From positions 1 to 59,919 of the forward strand of contig JABIHA010000006.1 in NCBI GenBank assembly GCA_018649885.1: DNA of 59,919 nucleotides. Reading direction: 5' to 3'. Under the pieces are notes generated by a model that did not search any database, was not told the origin of the DNA, and saw only the letters and a list, made by a program, of their open reading frames with translations. Positions 29,744 through 40,900 of the stretch are shown here, piece by piece. Source of the DNA: Bacteriovoracaceae bacterium. GTDB lineage: Bacteria > Bdellovibrionota > Bacteriovoracia > Bacteriovoracales > Bacteriovoracaceae. Within the stretch, counting starts at the first letter, position 1; each line of letters opens with the position of its first letter. The position numbers were made by a program, and so were the translations under genes.

Positions 29744-31387
29744 TTATTTTCTTGAAAGGGCCTCTTTAATGGCCTGGTAGGCATCGACTATTCCACCTGA
29801 ACTGCAGAGCTCTATCATCGTCCGATATGGATCGTGTGAATCACTTCCAGGAAGTTTCACTTCAAGAGTGCTGTAATCTCTAGACTCACCAATAAGATAG
29901 GTATTTTTTAACTGCAAATTAGTAAGATCATCAAAATAGCTTAATATCATGGCGCCTACTCCCGCCACTACAGCAGCAGACTGAGCGCTACCCGACATAT
30001 CGAAAATGCCTGATTTCCCTGCAGTAAGTGAGATAATTTGCTCTCCTGGAGCAAAGAGATTAACCCTTTTTTCTGCATAATTGCTACCGTTAAAAATGAG
30101 GTAGCTCCCTTTTTGTTTGTTATTAGATCCCACTGTGATCCAATTTGGATAAGAGCTTCCATTTGGAAAGTAATAGTTGCTACCTATATCAGAGGCACTA
30201 TCACCTGCTGCTTGAATAATTAACGCATCATTTTTTCCGTCAGAAAAAAGTGTAGATAGCTCGGTGTTGATTTCTTCATTGTGAGCTGAGAACTCACTTC
30301 CCGTGTCCAGCACAATAATATTTGCTCCCATACTCCAAGCATATTTTATAGCGTGAAGAAGATCCTTATCTCTGGTATCCCCTACCTCTGGTCTAACCCT
30401 AAGACCCATCAGCAACACTTTTTCAGAAATGCCATCCATTCCTTCACCATTTTCTCTAATGGCGCCAATGATACCTGCAAGGTGTGTTCCCCTCACAGGA
30501 TTTCCAGTTTCTATTTTCCAATTTCCGTAGGCCTTACTCTGCGTGAGATCATCGGGATCGTCACCAGTTACTATTTGCCTGGCATCGTAGGAGACATTAT
30601 AAGCGCGGTCTATTAGCTCCTTACTGGCATCAACTAAGCCTTTTAGATTGTCGAATGTTGTGTAGGTTTTCAAAAGCTCTAATAATTTTGCTTTGGCGGC
30701 CACAACATCTACATCTTCAGACTCAATGGATTCAATAGTTGCTTGGGTGAACTCTTCAAGTCCTAACTTATCTTTTAAAACTTTGCTTGAATCTGCATAG
30801 GTGGTTTGATCGGTGCTATAGGCATTGTACTTGTCTTCGATTTCTTTGAATTCACTTGCATACCTTGTTTGGGCCAGGGTGCAAATTTTAGTTTGATCTT
30901 CCGTGTACTTGGCATCAGCACAATCAACGCCTTGGTACACTCCATAAACGCGAGTGAGCGACAGGTTGTCAGTGGTAGAGTTAACAAGTTTGTCATTACC
31001 TAAAAAATTCCATCCATAGTAATCATCAATATGGCCATTAACATCATTATCAACGCCATCATTTTTTATTTCATCTTTATTGATCCAAATTCTATCTTTT
31101 AAATCAACATGTCCTATATCAAGTCCATCAGAGATAATGGCCACAACAACTTCTCTAGTCGCTTTCTTATCTTTTAACAATTCACTATAAGCGCGATCAA
31201 CTCCAGCGCCTTCAACTCCATCAAGAGATGAGTCTAAATTCATCCATTGTCCGGCACCTTGTCCACCACCACCTTGATCAATTGGGTCCTTTGGAAGTGA
31301 TTTTCTTATTGAGTTATCACAGCCACAAATAATGGCAGCAAGTAAGAGTAAAGTAGCTATTCTTATCACGATAATTACCTTGTCCAA
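29744..31387 (-). CDS. S8 subtilase-fold lipoprotein, catalytic triad degenerate
   Basis: Lipobox ICGC; HVDL..RIW.N..E...DG.DND.NG..DD.YGWNF scaffold; triad positions read IISDG, RGTHLAG, SGSAQSA. Confidence 0.85.
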   Translation of the reverse strand: MDKVIIVIRIATLLLLAAIICGCDNSIRKSLPKDPIDQGGGGQGAGQWMNLDSSLDGVEGAGVDRAYSELLKDKKATREVVVAIISDGLDIGHVDLKDRIWINKDEIKNDGVDNDVNGHIDDYYGWNFLGNDKLVNSTTDNLSLTRVYGVYQGVDCADAKYTEDQTKICTLAQTRYASEFKEIEDKYNAYSTDQTTYADSSKVLKDKLGLEEFTQATIESIESEDVDVVAAKAKLLELLKTYTTFDNLKGLVDASKELIDRAYNVSYDARQIVTGDDPDDLTQSKAYGNWKIETGNPVRGTHLAGIIGAIRENGEGMDGISEKVLLMGLRVRPEVGDTRDKDLLHAIKYAWSMGANIIVLDTGSEFSAHNEEINTELSTLFSDGKNDALIIQAAGDSASDIGSNYYFPNGSSYPNWITVGSNNKQKGSYLIFNGSNYAEKRVNLFAPGEQIISLTAGKSGIFDMSGSAQSAAVVAGVGAMILSYFDDLTNLQLKNTYLIGESRDYSTLEVKLPGSDSHDPYRTMIELCSSGGIVDAYQAIKEALSRK

Positions 31388-31493
31388 TTCTTGACGTTAA
31401 GTGTCACCTTTTCTTTAATATATGCTTATTTATATCAGTTTCAGGACATTTTGCCATCTGTAATTCCGCGTCAAATCATATTAAAATACTACA

Positions 31494-32450
31494 ATGGGCC
31501 CAAATGGAGTCGACCAAAATTCAAATTCCACTACAAATACTCGGGTAAACTCAGGGAGGCGCTCCCCTGGATCAAAAACTTCCAACAAACTAAAAAATAT
31601 TCTCGGCAAAGCAAAAGCTGATAGCGTTCAAATTTCTGATGAGGCCAAACAAAAGGCCAAAGGCGCATTAAAAAATATTACTAAAGGCGTGACTAAAGGG
31701 GCCAAGGAAATTTTAAAAGCACCTCTGAGTGCCTTAAAGGGCGCTCCCACTTCTGTCACTCCTATCCCCTCTCCACTAAATCTTTTAAAAGGTGGTGGTA
31801 GCAAAGATGATGAAAAAGACCAAAGCATAGTAGCAGCTGATGGCAAAAAAGAAGACTCGGGGAAAAAAGAGGATCCACTCAAAGGAAATCAAGCTGGCGG
31901 AGTAGAAAAAAATGAGGCCAAGAAAATTGCAAAAGCTATAAAGAAAAAAGGCCACATTAGAAAACCTGCTATCTTTTTTATTGGAGGCCTTGAAACCTTC
32001 TCTGGAGGCTACGGTGGAATTAAAAAAATGGCCGAGTCAGTTCCAGGAGCTAGGTATTACTCTTGGGATCAAAAAGATGAAATGATTGCTGAAATCGATA
32101 AACGTCATGTCTCCCAGCCCGTGGTCTTAGTAGGACACAGCTATGGAGGCGATACTGCTTTTGAAATGGCAGAAGAGCTCAACACCCTTGATCACAACTT
32201 CAGACAAGTTAATCTAATGGTAACTCTTGATAGTGTAGGCGGTGAGAATGACATCATCCCGCAAAATGTAAGAAAAAATTTGAATTTTTTTGGAGAGGGC
32301 AACCCTCTCTTAAATGATGGGCCGCATGTGGCGAGAAATAACCAATTATCCGATGTAATCAATGAGTTGAGGAGCGAAGGGCACACTGAGTTAGACGACA
32401 CAAAAGAAATTCAGTACAAAATACTAAAGGAAATTAACCTACAACTTTAG
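31494..32450 (+). CDS. Alpha/beta-hydrolase-like protein with long low-complexity N-terminus
   Basis: LVGHSYGG nucleophile elbow, TLDSV, GHTELD. Confidence 0.7.
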   Translation: MGPNGVDQNSNSTTNTRVNSGRRSPGSKTSNKLKNILGKAKADSVQISDEAKQKAKGALKNITKGVTKGAKEILKAPLSALKGAPTSVTPIPSPLNLLKGGGSKDDEKDQSIVAADGKKEDSGKKEDPLKGNQAGGVEKNEAKKIAKAIKKKGHIRKPAIFFIGGLETFSGGYGGIKKMAESVPGARYYSWDQKDEMIAEIDKRHVSQPVVLVGHSYGGDTAFEMAEELNTLDHNFRQVNLMVTLDSVGGENDIIPQNVRKNLNFFGEGNPLLNDGPHVARNNQLSDVINELRSEGHTELDDTKEIQYKILKEINLQL

Positions 32451-32558
32451 TCTGCCCATTTGATTTTAATGCTCACCTCATATAGCCTATACTACTAGGG
32501 TGCGAAATTCCGCTGAGACCAATTTCATTAACGCGAACACTTAAATTTACTGGGGGAC

Positions 32559-33065
32559 ATGATGTCTATGTTAGGAAAAGATTTTAAAGATACAGTTTAC
32601 CTTAAAGGTGGTGAAAGCGTACTTATTGAAACCGTTTCCATGGACCAAGCCGCAGTACTTAGAGAAAAGATTGTTTCAGGTGAAAAATTTATTAAAATAG
32701 GCGATGACAGCGAACCACCAGCACCTTCAAAGACATTTAAGTATGCTCTCGCCGCTCAGATGATTAATCCTAATTTCTATTATCAAGGCCTACAAGTGGT
32801 GGCCACTGCAGAATTAATAGGTCTTGATAACCCAGAAAAGGCCTCTGCTTATATTTATGTTAAAGAAGAACTTCGAGGCCTTGGTCTTGGTGCTGAGCTT
32901 ATGAAACTTCTTCTAGGACAACTTAAAGCTATGAATGTCCAAAATATCAAAACACTTTTTGATAAGAGTAGTGATCTTGATGCTGCCGGCGATATCTCGC
33001 TTGGAGACTATAGTGTCGAGCCTACTGGAAATGGTGAGTTCCTAATTAAGACCACTCAGTTGTAA
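32559..33065 (+). CDS. GNAT-like acetyltransferase
   Basis: YVKEELRGLGLGAELM acetyl-CoA-binding motif A. Confidence 0.65.
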   Translation: MMSMLGKDFKDTVYLKGGESVLIETVSMDQAAVLREKIVSGEKFIKIGDDSEPPAPSKTFKYALAAQMINPNFYYQGLQVVATAELIGLDNPEKASAYIYVKEELRGLGLGAELMKLLLGQLKAMNVQNIKTLFDKSSDLDAAGDISLGDYSVEPTGNGEFLIKTTQL

Positions 33066-33204
33066 ATCGATCTTTTTCATCCATAATATAATAGGATGTA
33101 TACTCACATAATCAAGATTTTCAAGTAATCTTTGATCCAATTTGATGGCATCTTCTCATTCAAAATCCTTCAACTTGCCTTTAGGCAAGCTTCAGGAGTT
33201 TTGA

Positions 33205-33669
33205 ATGCGAATCTACCATCAAATTGAACCAAATCTTTACTTGAAAACCTTGATCACGCGAGTAAAAGGAGAAATTATGCAACTAGAAATCACATCTATA
33301 TACGCCTCAGTCGCCATTATTATCTATGTCTTCCTCTCACTCAGAGTAGCGCTTCTTAGAGGTAAAGAAAAAGTCGGAATTGGATCGGAGGGAGCATCAT
33401 CTGTGATGGTAAAGTCCATTCGCATTCACGGCAATTTCTCCGAGTACGCACCACTTACAATTATTTTGCTAGCATTACTTGAGCAACAAGCACTACCGAG
33501 TTGGTTTTTACATCTATTTGGGGCCCTGTTTATTGTCTCTAGAGTGCTTCACCTCTACGGACTTTCACAATCAAAAGGGAGAACCTTTGGCCGCTTTTAT
33601 GGGACTATTTGCAATTTCTCACTTTTGCTTTTTGGATCTTTCATCGTTTTGTTTAAAGTGATCTTTTAG
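33205..33669 (+). CDS. MAPEG family membrane protein (start probably ATG 33277)
   Basis: IRIHGNFSEYAP, SRVLH; AGGAG RBS before 33277. Confidence 0.9.
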   Translation: MRIYHQIEPNLYLKTLITRVKGEIMQLEITSIYASVAIIIYVFLSLRVALLRGKEKVGIGSEGASSVMVKSIRIHGNFSEYAPLTIILLALLEQQALPSWFLHLFGALFIVSRVLHLYGLSQSKGRTFGRFYGTICNFSLLLFGSFIVLFKVIF

Positions 33670-33675
33670 AGAATA

Positions 33676-36276
33676 CTAAAAGAAGACTTCAAGACTTAGA
33701 AAGTTAAAGACTTTTTTGAGTAGAACAAAGCCCAGTGGTCGCCACTCTGCTTTTATCTTCCCTCTGCCAGTCATTCCAGCCCTTAAAACTTCTCCGGTGC
33801 CATGTTCACTATTAGAAAGAGTCGCCCTGGCCATAAAATACTTGTCTTTTTCTCCCTCAAGAAGAGGTCTGCCTTCACCGGCAACGATAGCAAGTTTTAT
33901 GTCGTCAAAGCTTGTATTGGGATAACTAAAGACTTTGAATTTCACATCCTGGCCACTCTTTACATATGTCACATCACTTTCTGGAACTTCAATTTGAACA
34001 TATACTTTTTCAGAGCTTGCCACTTTAATTAGCTCTTGCCCAAAATTGACAGGCATCCCAATTAAATTGTCGAGCTCAGAGCTAATAACAACTCCCGCGG
34101 TTTCACTTAAAATTTTTGATCTTCCAATTTTTTTATTTATCAGCTCTAGTTCCAGATCAATTGAATTCTTCTCAAACTCTTTTATTTTATAATCTGCAAT
34201 ATTCCCTTCACTTCTTTGTTTAAAAATTTCAGAGATCACTTTTTGTCTTTGGGCCACTTTCTTGGATTTTTCTAGTATCAAGTCTTGGATATCAAGCTGT
34301 GCTAAAACTTGACCTTTTTTCACATGCTGGCCTTCTTTTACAAACATTTCAGTAATTTTTCCTGCAGATCCACTATAGTAAGTCTTTGCCACAGGTAAAA
34401 TTTCAACATTAGCACTCACATTGTGCGGAACTTTCAAAAAGACCATGGCACAAACAAAAGCAATAGTACCTGTTATATAGGCCAAAAGCTTTGTTTTGGG
34501 CACTTCGGAGATATTCATGATTCCATAGTAAAATTTGTCTTTCATATGGGCCATGACATTTGTGGCCGGGATTGTATTATACAAAGAGGCATTTCTTAAG
34601 GCGACAGTAGACTGACCAATCAAAATTGATAAGAGCTCTGCCTTGTTTTCATTAATCATATCTTTGTTAACTGATTCCATTGAGATGATCCCCAAATCTC
34701 CTTGGTCATCTTTGAGTGCTACGGCCCAGAATGATTTAAGCTCTTTTTCTTCTAGATAGGTAACTAGCTCACTTTGGGCAACTTCACTAGACTTGTATGC
34801 TTCAAAGTCCGGAATATAAACCTCACCTTGCTGACTAGATATAAAATTGTGAAGTGCTTCTAATTTTTTATTTTCTTCAAGAGTTTTATCTATTACTTCA
34901 ATTCCACTAACAGACTTTAACTCGAACACACCTTCTCTTCCCCTTTTTTCCACAGAGATAGCAGCAAGTTCATAGGGAATAATATGAGATGATAAATTGA
35001 CCACTGACATAAGAACAGAGTCGAGATCAAGTGTTGAAGTGATTTCTTTACTTATTTCGATCAGGGCCGAGAGCTCTTTTGCCTTCTTCTCAGATTCAAA
35101 TAATTTCGCATTCCTTACATACATGGCAGAAGAAGCTGCAAATAGCTGCATTAACTCTAGGTCATCTTGATTAAATAATGTGCCTTTAGCTTCTTTATTT
35201 ATAATTTGAACAGCGCCAATTGACTGACCTTTCACACTGAGTGGGACTGTTATCATTGACTCTGTAACAAAACCAATTTTATTATCAAGCGCTTTTGAAA
35301 ACCGTGAGTCTTTGGAGCAGTCTTCCACAATAATGGGCTCTTTATTTTCAACAACCCATCCAACGATACCTACTCCTGACTTGATCTTAATGCCTATAAC
35401 CTTATCCTTCGTAGGACCTTCAGCCACATAACATTCAATTCCATCACCACTATCTTCATTTAACCAAACAGAGCCCACTTCTGCTTTTAATAGCGAGGTC
35501 GCCTTAGCTAAAATCATTCCCAGAAGTGTATCTAGATCCATTGTTGAGCTAAAGTCTTCATGAATTCCAATAATCGTTTTTATTCTATTATGAAGCTCAA
35601 CCTCTATTTTTTCGAGTCGTGAGGATTTAATATGCATCGCCGCCTGAGTACAAATATCCTCCAAGAGATATTTCTCCGACTGATTAAATTCCTTGTCACC
35701 TTTTTTATTTACCACTTGGAGAACACCAATGATCTCGCCTCGGTAAATAAGAGCAGATGAGATGAAAGACTTCGCACCAAGTTGTTCAACTTTATCATAG
35801 TGCAAGTTAATGCGGTCATCACTGGTTGCATCGAGAATTAATGACGATCTACCATTTTCTCCAACCCAGCCAATAATACCTTTTCCTGTGGGCACACTTG
35901 ACTTGAGTATATCTTTTTTCCCAGGGCCTGTGGCGAATTTACAAATTAACTCTTTTTGGTTTTCTTCCATTATCCAAAGTGAGCCACCTTCTGCACTCAA
36001 TGTGTCCACTACCATGCAAAGCATGCCTTCAATTATTTGAGATAATCCTAAGGATTCATCTTGAAATAGATCATTAATTCTGTGATAAAAATTTAGTGAT
36101 TTTTGAATATTAGAGCTATCACCTGTGGCCTTTAGCTCTTCTTCAAGTCCCCTTCCACCATGACTACTCAGAAGTTTTAGATGGGCCTTCTTGGAAACAA
36201 ACTCTTTAGGAACTTCTTTTTCTTCCACGCTCTTAAGATCAACTTCTTTTTTTTGAAATCTCTTTTTTAAGGCCAT
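33676..36276 (-). CDS. Triple-GAF domain plus HlyD-family membrane fusion protein
   Basis: Three GAF repeats (GKGIIGWV/GVGIVGWV; VVNK..F..SE, IINK..F..DD), one TM segment, lipoyl-like VKEGQHVKKGQVL, coiled hairpin, LRAGMTGRGKI. Confidence 0.9.
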   Translation of the reverse strand: MALKKRFQKKEVDLKSVEEKEVPKEFVSKKAHLKLLSSHGGRGLEEELKATGDSSNIQKSLNFYHRINDLFQDESLGLSQIIEGMLCMVVDTLSAEGGSLWIMEENQKELICKFATGPGKKDILKSSVPTGKGIIGWVGENGRSSLILDATSDDRINLHYDKVEQLGAKSFISSALIYRGEIIGVLQVVNKKGDKEFNQSEKYLLEDICTQAAMHIKSSRLEKIEVELHNRIKTIIGIHEDFSSTMDLDTLLGMILAKATSLLKAEVGSVWLNEDSGDGIECYVAEGPTKDKVIGIKIKSGVGIVGWVVENKEPIIVEDCSKDSRFSKALDNKIGFVTESMITVPLSVKGQSIGAVQIINKEAKGTLFNQDDLELMQLFAASSAMYVRNAKLFESEKKAKELSALIEISKEITSTLDLDSVLMSVVNLSSHIIPYELAAISVEKRGREGVFELKSVSGIEVIDKTLEENKKLEALHNFISSQQGEVYIPDFEAYKSSEVAQSELVTYLEEKELKSFWAVALKDDQGDLGIISMESVNKDMINENKAELLSILIGQSTVALRNASLYNTIPATNVMAHMKDKFYYGIMNISEVPKTKLLAYITGTIAFVCAMVFLKVPHNVSANVEILPVAKTYYSGSAGKITEMFVKEGQHVKKGQVLAQLDIQDLILEKSKKVAQRQKVISEIFKQRSEGNIADYKIKEFEKNSIDLELELINKKIGRSKILSETAGVVISSELDNLIGMPVNFGQELIKVASSEKVYVQIEVPESDVTYVKSGQDVKFKVFSYPNTSFDDIKLAIVAGEGRPLLEGEKDKYFMARATLSNSEHGTGEVLRAGMTGRGKIKAEWRPLGFVLLKKVFNFLSLEVFF

Positions 36277-36311
36277 TATTTATGTGCTCCTGTTCAATAT
36301 ATCTATCAATC

Positions 36312-36339
36312 TTTTCGGCGAAAGCTCGCAAAAACTTGA
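36312..36339 (-). promoter_or_regulatory. Putative sigma28/FliA-type promoter for the GAF-MFP gene
   Basis: Minus strand reads TCAAG-N15-GCCGAAAA, ~35 nt upstream of the ATG. Confidence 0.55.
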
Positions 36340-36407
36340 CTCTTTCCATCAGGTTAGGTTTTGCACTCTTTACCACTAAGTAACTTGAATTAATGAGTTC
36401 GATACTT

Positions 36408-37841
36408 CTAATTTACTGCTGATGAACTCAGAAGTGAGTTCTCTATTTTTTTGACTTCATAATATTTTTTTAGATAACTAACTTTTGTTTTGGTTAGCTC
36501 TTCGGTCAAAGCGGCCAAGCCATTTTGTTCTTCTACTAGCTCAAGAGAGGAGATTTTTCGAAGGTAATAGGCCTTCTCACGGTACTCTAGTGCAAGACTT
36601 TGCAATTTTATCTGCTCTTCTACTCGAGCTATTTTATCTAGCTCTTTGTAGAGATCAAAGCTTAGGGCCCCAATTTTTTGTAAGTCTTTGTGGTACTCAC
36701 TTTTTTCACGCTCTCTAAGCGAATTTAGTTTGGCCGTATTTGCAGTAACCTCGGCACTTGCAGCGTGGGCGCCAAAAGGATAAGAAAAATTGAGTGCTAA
36801 ACTCCAAGAGGGAAAATCAACTCCAAATATTTTATCTACTGACCTTTGCCACTTCTTAGCAATACTTGAGGCTGAACCTGTGGCTTCGATTTTTAATTCT
36901 GGGAGACTCTCCCTTTTGCCCTTATAAAGGTCCTCTTCTACTTCTTTGATCTCAAAACTAGTGGCAAGCAGCTTATAGCTCTTTTTCAAATCTCGGCGAT
37001 GTTCACCAAAACTGGGGAAATCATCTTCCAAAACAGCATTGTCAATTTGGGAGGCGTGAATTTGCTTATCCCCCCTATAAAGAATCAATGACAAATCAAT
37101 TAGAGCATTTTCAACTTTTACTTTTTGATTGAATAAAAGAGATCTTTTTTTGTATATTTGAGATTTTGTTCTAAGTAAATCAGTTTTGCTCTTCTTCCCT
37201 ACTTTCCACTTTCTCTTATCAAAATCGTATATTTTTTCACTATAATTCAAATCAGCTTTTCTCTTTTCGAGTATGGCCATTTCTTTCAGCACATCGAGAT
37301 AACTTTTTATGGCCTTGAAGGATTCATCATTGGCCTTATCGAATTTATTAAATCGATACCTTGAATATTTATTTTTGGCCTTATAGTACCTATTGGCCGT
37401 ATATCTTTTTCCAAATTCTTTTAAAAGAGGTACTTCAATCTTTATCTGAGCTGCTGACTGATAACGACTCTTAGCAAATGCAACTTTTGAGCTCGAGCGA
37501 ATTTTGAGCACTTGAAGACTGGCCTCCCAGTCAATTCCCCATATGATTTTATTTTTAATGCCTATGGAGGGACCTGTGGTTCTTTCTTCATAGGTCTTAT
37601 GATCATAGGTTAAATTGGCAATTGTTGTGTCTCTCTTAGCTTCATAGGCGGTGGTAAGGAAGTAGTCGAAATCTAGACTTGAGGCCTCAATTTCATTTTT
37701 AGCTAGCCTATGATCAAGCCTTGAAATTTCCACATCTATATTGTTTTTAAGACACAGCTCGATCACTTTCTGGATATCGATTTGAGGTAAATCCGCAGCA
37801 AATAGATTAAGGGCCTGGCCAAGAAGTAAAATTAATTGCAT
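36408..37841 (-). CDS. TolC family outer membrane protein (divergent)
   Basis: LKNNIDV, VPLLK.FG, GK.S..DLL, LPELKI, ISSLELV: two OEP-type repeats. Confidence 0.8.
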   Translation of the reverse strand: MQLILLLGQALNLFAADLPQIDIQKVIELCLKNNIDVEISRLDHRLAKNEIEASSLDFDYFLTTAYEAKRDTTIANLTYDHKTYEERTTGPSIGIKNKIIWGIDWEASLQVLKIRSSSKVAFAKSRYQSAAQIKIEVPLLKEFGKRYTANRYYKAKNKYSRYRFNKFDKANDESFKAIKSYLDVLKEMAILEKRKADLNYSEKIYDFDKRKWKVGKKSKTDLLRTKSQIYKKRSLLFNQKVKVENALIDLSLILYRGDKQIHASQIDNAVLEDDFPSFGEHRRDLKKSYKLLATSFEIKEVEEDLYKGKRESLPELKIEATGSASSIAKKWQRSVDKIFGVDFPSWSLALNFSYPFGAHAASAEVTANTAKLNSLREREKSEYHKDLQKIGALSFDLYKELDKIARVEEQIKLQSLALEYREKAYYLRKISSLELVEEQNGLAALTEELTKTKVSYLKKYYEVKKIENSLLSSSAVN

Positions 37842-37899
37842 AGAGTAAGTATACTCACTTTTTCCGGCTTCGCCTCACCTACCACACTTTGCCCAGCAC

Positions 37900-37936
37900 A
37901 AAAAAAAGGGCCCACGATTGTGGGCCCAGAAAAAAA
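37900..37936 (-). terminator. Rho-independent terminator after the acidic repeat-protein gene
   Basis: GGGCCCAC-GATT-GTGGGCCC hairpin (37908-37927); T8 follows on the minus strand. Confidence 0.85.
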
Positions 37937-37957
37937 CTTACTTGATTGGTTATTAAA

Positions 37958-40900
37958 TTATGCAGCGGCCTGTCCACCATCATCTATGTGATCACCATGA
38001 TCATGGTAGTCATCATGTGGGTGGTCATCCATAAAATCTGCACTCTCTGCTGAAATTACAAATGAGCCTTGATCTTCAAAGTACTGAGTGTCCTCTGGAA
38101 GATTAATAGTCATCTGACCAGTTGCTGAATACTCAAGTTCTTCTGGAAGCATATCATTTGCCATCTCATTGTCGAAATGAAGTGATCCAGTATCGGCGTT
38201 GTAATCAATTCCCTCAGGAAGATTTAATTCCATGCTTCCATTTTCAAGGATTTGATAGTCAGCGTCTCCTGGCAATTCATGTGGATGTGGACCCTCACCT
38301 TCTGGAAATGTTATAGAATGAGCATCTGCATTGTAATCAGTTCCCTCAGGAAGTGAAACATCGAGAGTTCCATCGGTGTTAAAAGTAAAATCATCTGGAA
38401 TTTCTTCAGCAAATGCTTCCATCGCCACATCGTGATCCATAGTCATTGTTCCGGCTTCAGCGTCAATAGCAACACCTTCTGGAACCTCAACAGTTATAGA
38501 TCCATCTGGATTATCAGAAACCCAATCTGGTCCATCGTGAGCATAACTTGGCTCAGGATTTTCATAGAAATCAGTGCAGTGATCAGGGATACAACATGAG
38601 CCGTCGTCACCGTAGTATGTGTCACTTGGTAGATCTACATGAAACTCACCTTCTGGTGTATATTCAACACAATCAGGAGTCATTTCACCAGTCCAATAAT
38701 TATCAACATGAACACATCCAGCATCAGCGTCGTAGTTAATGCCTTCAGGCAGAGTCACATCAAGTGATCCATCTGGATTGTAGTCGTAGTTAATGCCATC
38801 AGGAATCTCATTTGGATGAGGACCATCAGAACCTTCAGGGAAGTGTAACACTCCTGAAGCATCATCATATTGGCAGTCATTTGGAAGATTAATATCCATT
38901 GTTCCATCTGGGTTAAAACTAACATCATCTGGAATCATGTGATCAAAGTGCTCTGTAGCAAAATTAGCATCAAATTGTGCTTCACAATTATCTACATCAT
39001 ACTGAAGACCTTCAACTGCTGGAACATTAATTGATCCATCAACATTGTAATCCATAACATCACAGTGACAGCAATAGTCTGGCTCTGGATACTCCATGAA
39101 ATCAGCACAGTGCTCTGGCACATGGAACGAGCCATCATCGCCATACTCAGTACCACTTGGAAGATCCACAGTGAATTCACCAGCAGGAGAAATATCTACA
39201 TTGTCTTGGATAAGCTCACCAGTCCAATAGTTATCCACATGTAGCGTTTGCGCTTCGGCGTCGTAATTGATCCCTTCAGGGAGTTCAACTTTTACACTGC
39301 CATCCACAACTTCATAGTTAATATCGCTTGGGATATCTTTTACTTCAATATCACCTTCAGCAAAAGTCAAAGTGCCTGATGCATCATCATAAGTTGCATC
39401 ATGAACAGAAATATCCATTGTACCGTCAGCATTGATCATGACATCTTCTGGGATTTCTGATTGAAAGTCATTCATAAACTCATCGTATCCAAAAGAAACT
39501 GTCCCAGCTTCAGGGTCTACATTGTAGCCCTCTGGAGGATTACAGTCGTAGGCGCCATCAGGAGTGGTAGCGGCCCAATCACATTCGTGAACAAAATCAG
39601 GACAATCTTGTTCAATGAAATCAAGCTGATCTTGAGGAACATTAAAACTTCCATCTTCGTAAAATTCTGTGGCCTCTGGAAGAGCAATGGCAAGAGAGCC
39701 ATCTTCTGCTAGTGCCATATTGTCAGGAAGAAGCTCATTAGCACACTCATTGGAAAATTCAAGGCAATTTGAATCTGCATTGTAATCGATTCCATTATCA
39801 AGTTGCGCTGTATAACTTCCATCTGGATTTTCGTGGTAATCGTACTGGTCAGGAATTACATTTGGATCGAACTCAGCAGAGACTGTTAGAGCACCTGTAT
39901 CGTGATTGTAATCACATTGACAGTCATCAGGCATTGAGTAGTTCATTGTACCATCTTGATTAAACTCAATATTCTCGTCAATTGGAAGTACATCAGCGAT
40001 AGCACCGTGGTCAATAGTGGCAATTCCACCATCTACTTCACAGCCTTCAGGTACTTCAAATGTAGCAGATCCATCTGGTTGCCATTCACAGCAATCCATT
40101 TCACCAACATACTCTGGTGGAGGATTGTCCATGTAGTCCCCTGCAGCCTCAGAAAAGCAAAGAGAGCCATCATCGTTATACTCGACTCCTTCATGTGGCA
40201 GTTCACAACTCATGCTTCCATCGTCATGAAAATCTACATTGTCAGGACACTCCTCATTGAGGATTTCGTTAGAAACATTTATTGAATTTGTTTCAACATC
40301 ATATTCTACACCTGCATCAGGAAGAGGAATACATTCACTTCCATTTGCCATTGTAAAAGTTTCTACATCATCAGGCACTGGAAACTCTGCGCCCTCTGGA
40401 ATAACTAGTGCATTAAGGCCTTCGTCATAGCTTGATCCCTCTGGAAGTGGAACATCCATAGAGCCATCTACATTCATTGTCGCCCCTTCAACAGGGAGAA
40501 CATCGTTTACAGCTTCAGCTGTAAAGTTGGCCATTCCATCATCTATACTGACACCTTCTGGTGGCTGAATATCGTAGCTACCGTCGGCATTAGCAGTTAC
40601 CCAATCTGGCTCAGACCATTGACCTGGTTCCTCAAAGTCAGATCCAGCATCAGCTGAGTCATAAAACTCATCACCGTGTGAATCATCAATTTCATGATTG
40701 TCGCCATCATTGTACTCATCACCATCAGCATTTGCTTCAGCTTCTAATTGCTCAGTATCAGCAGCGTCGTCGAGGTATTGACCTTCGCCCTCTCCTTCCA
40801 TTGAAGGATCATGCGACTCATCGTGCTGGGTTTCACCACAATCACCGGAGTCGCCTTCCATTGGTTCACCTGCACCAACATCAGCAAGCTCAGCGGCTGC

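Noticed and set aside
33174..33189. Palindrome CTTGCCT-TT-AGGCAAG upstream of the MAPEG gene
   Set aside because: Single short instance with no U-tract or second copy; cannot be distinguished from chance.
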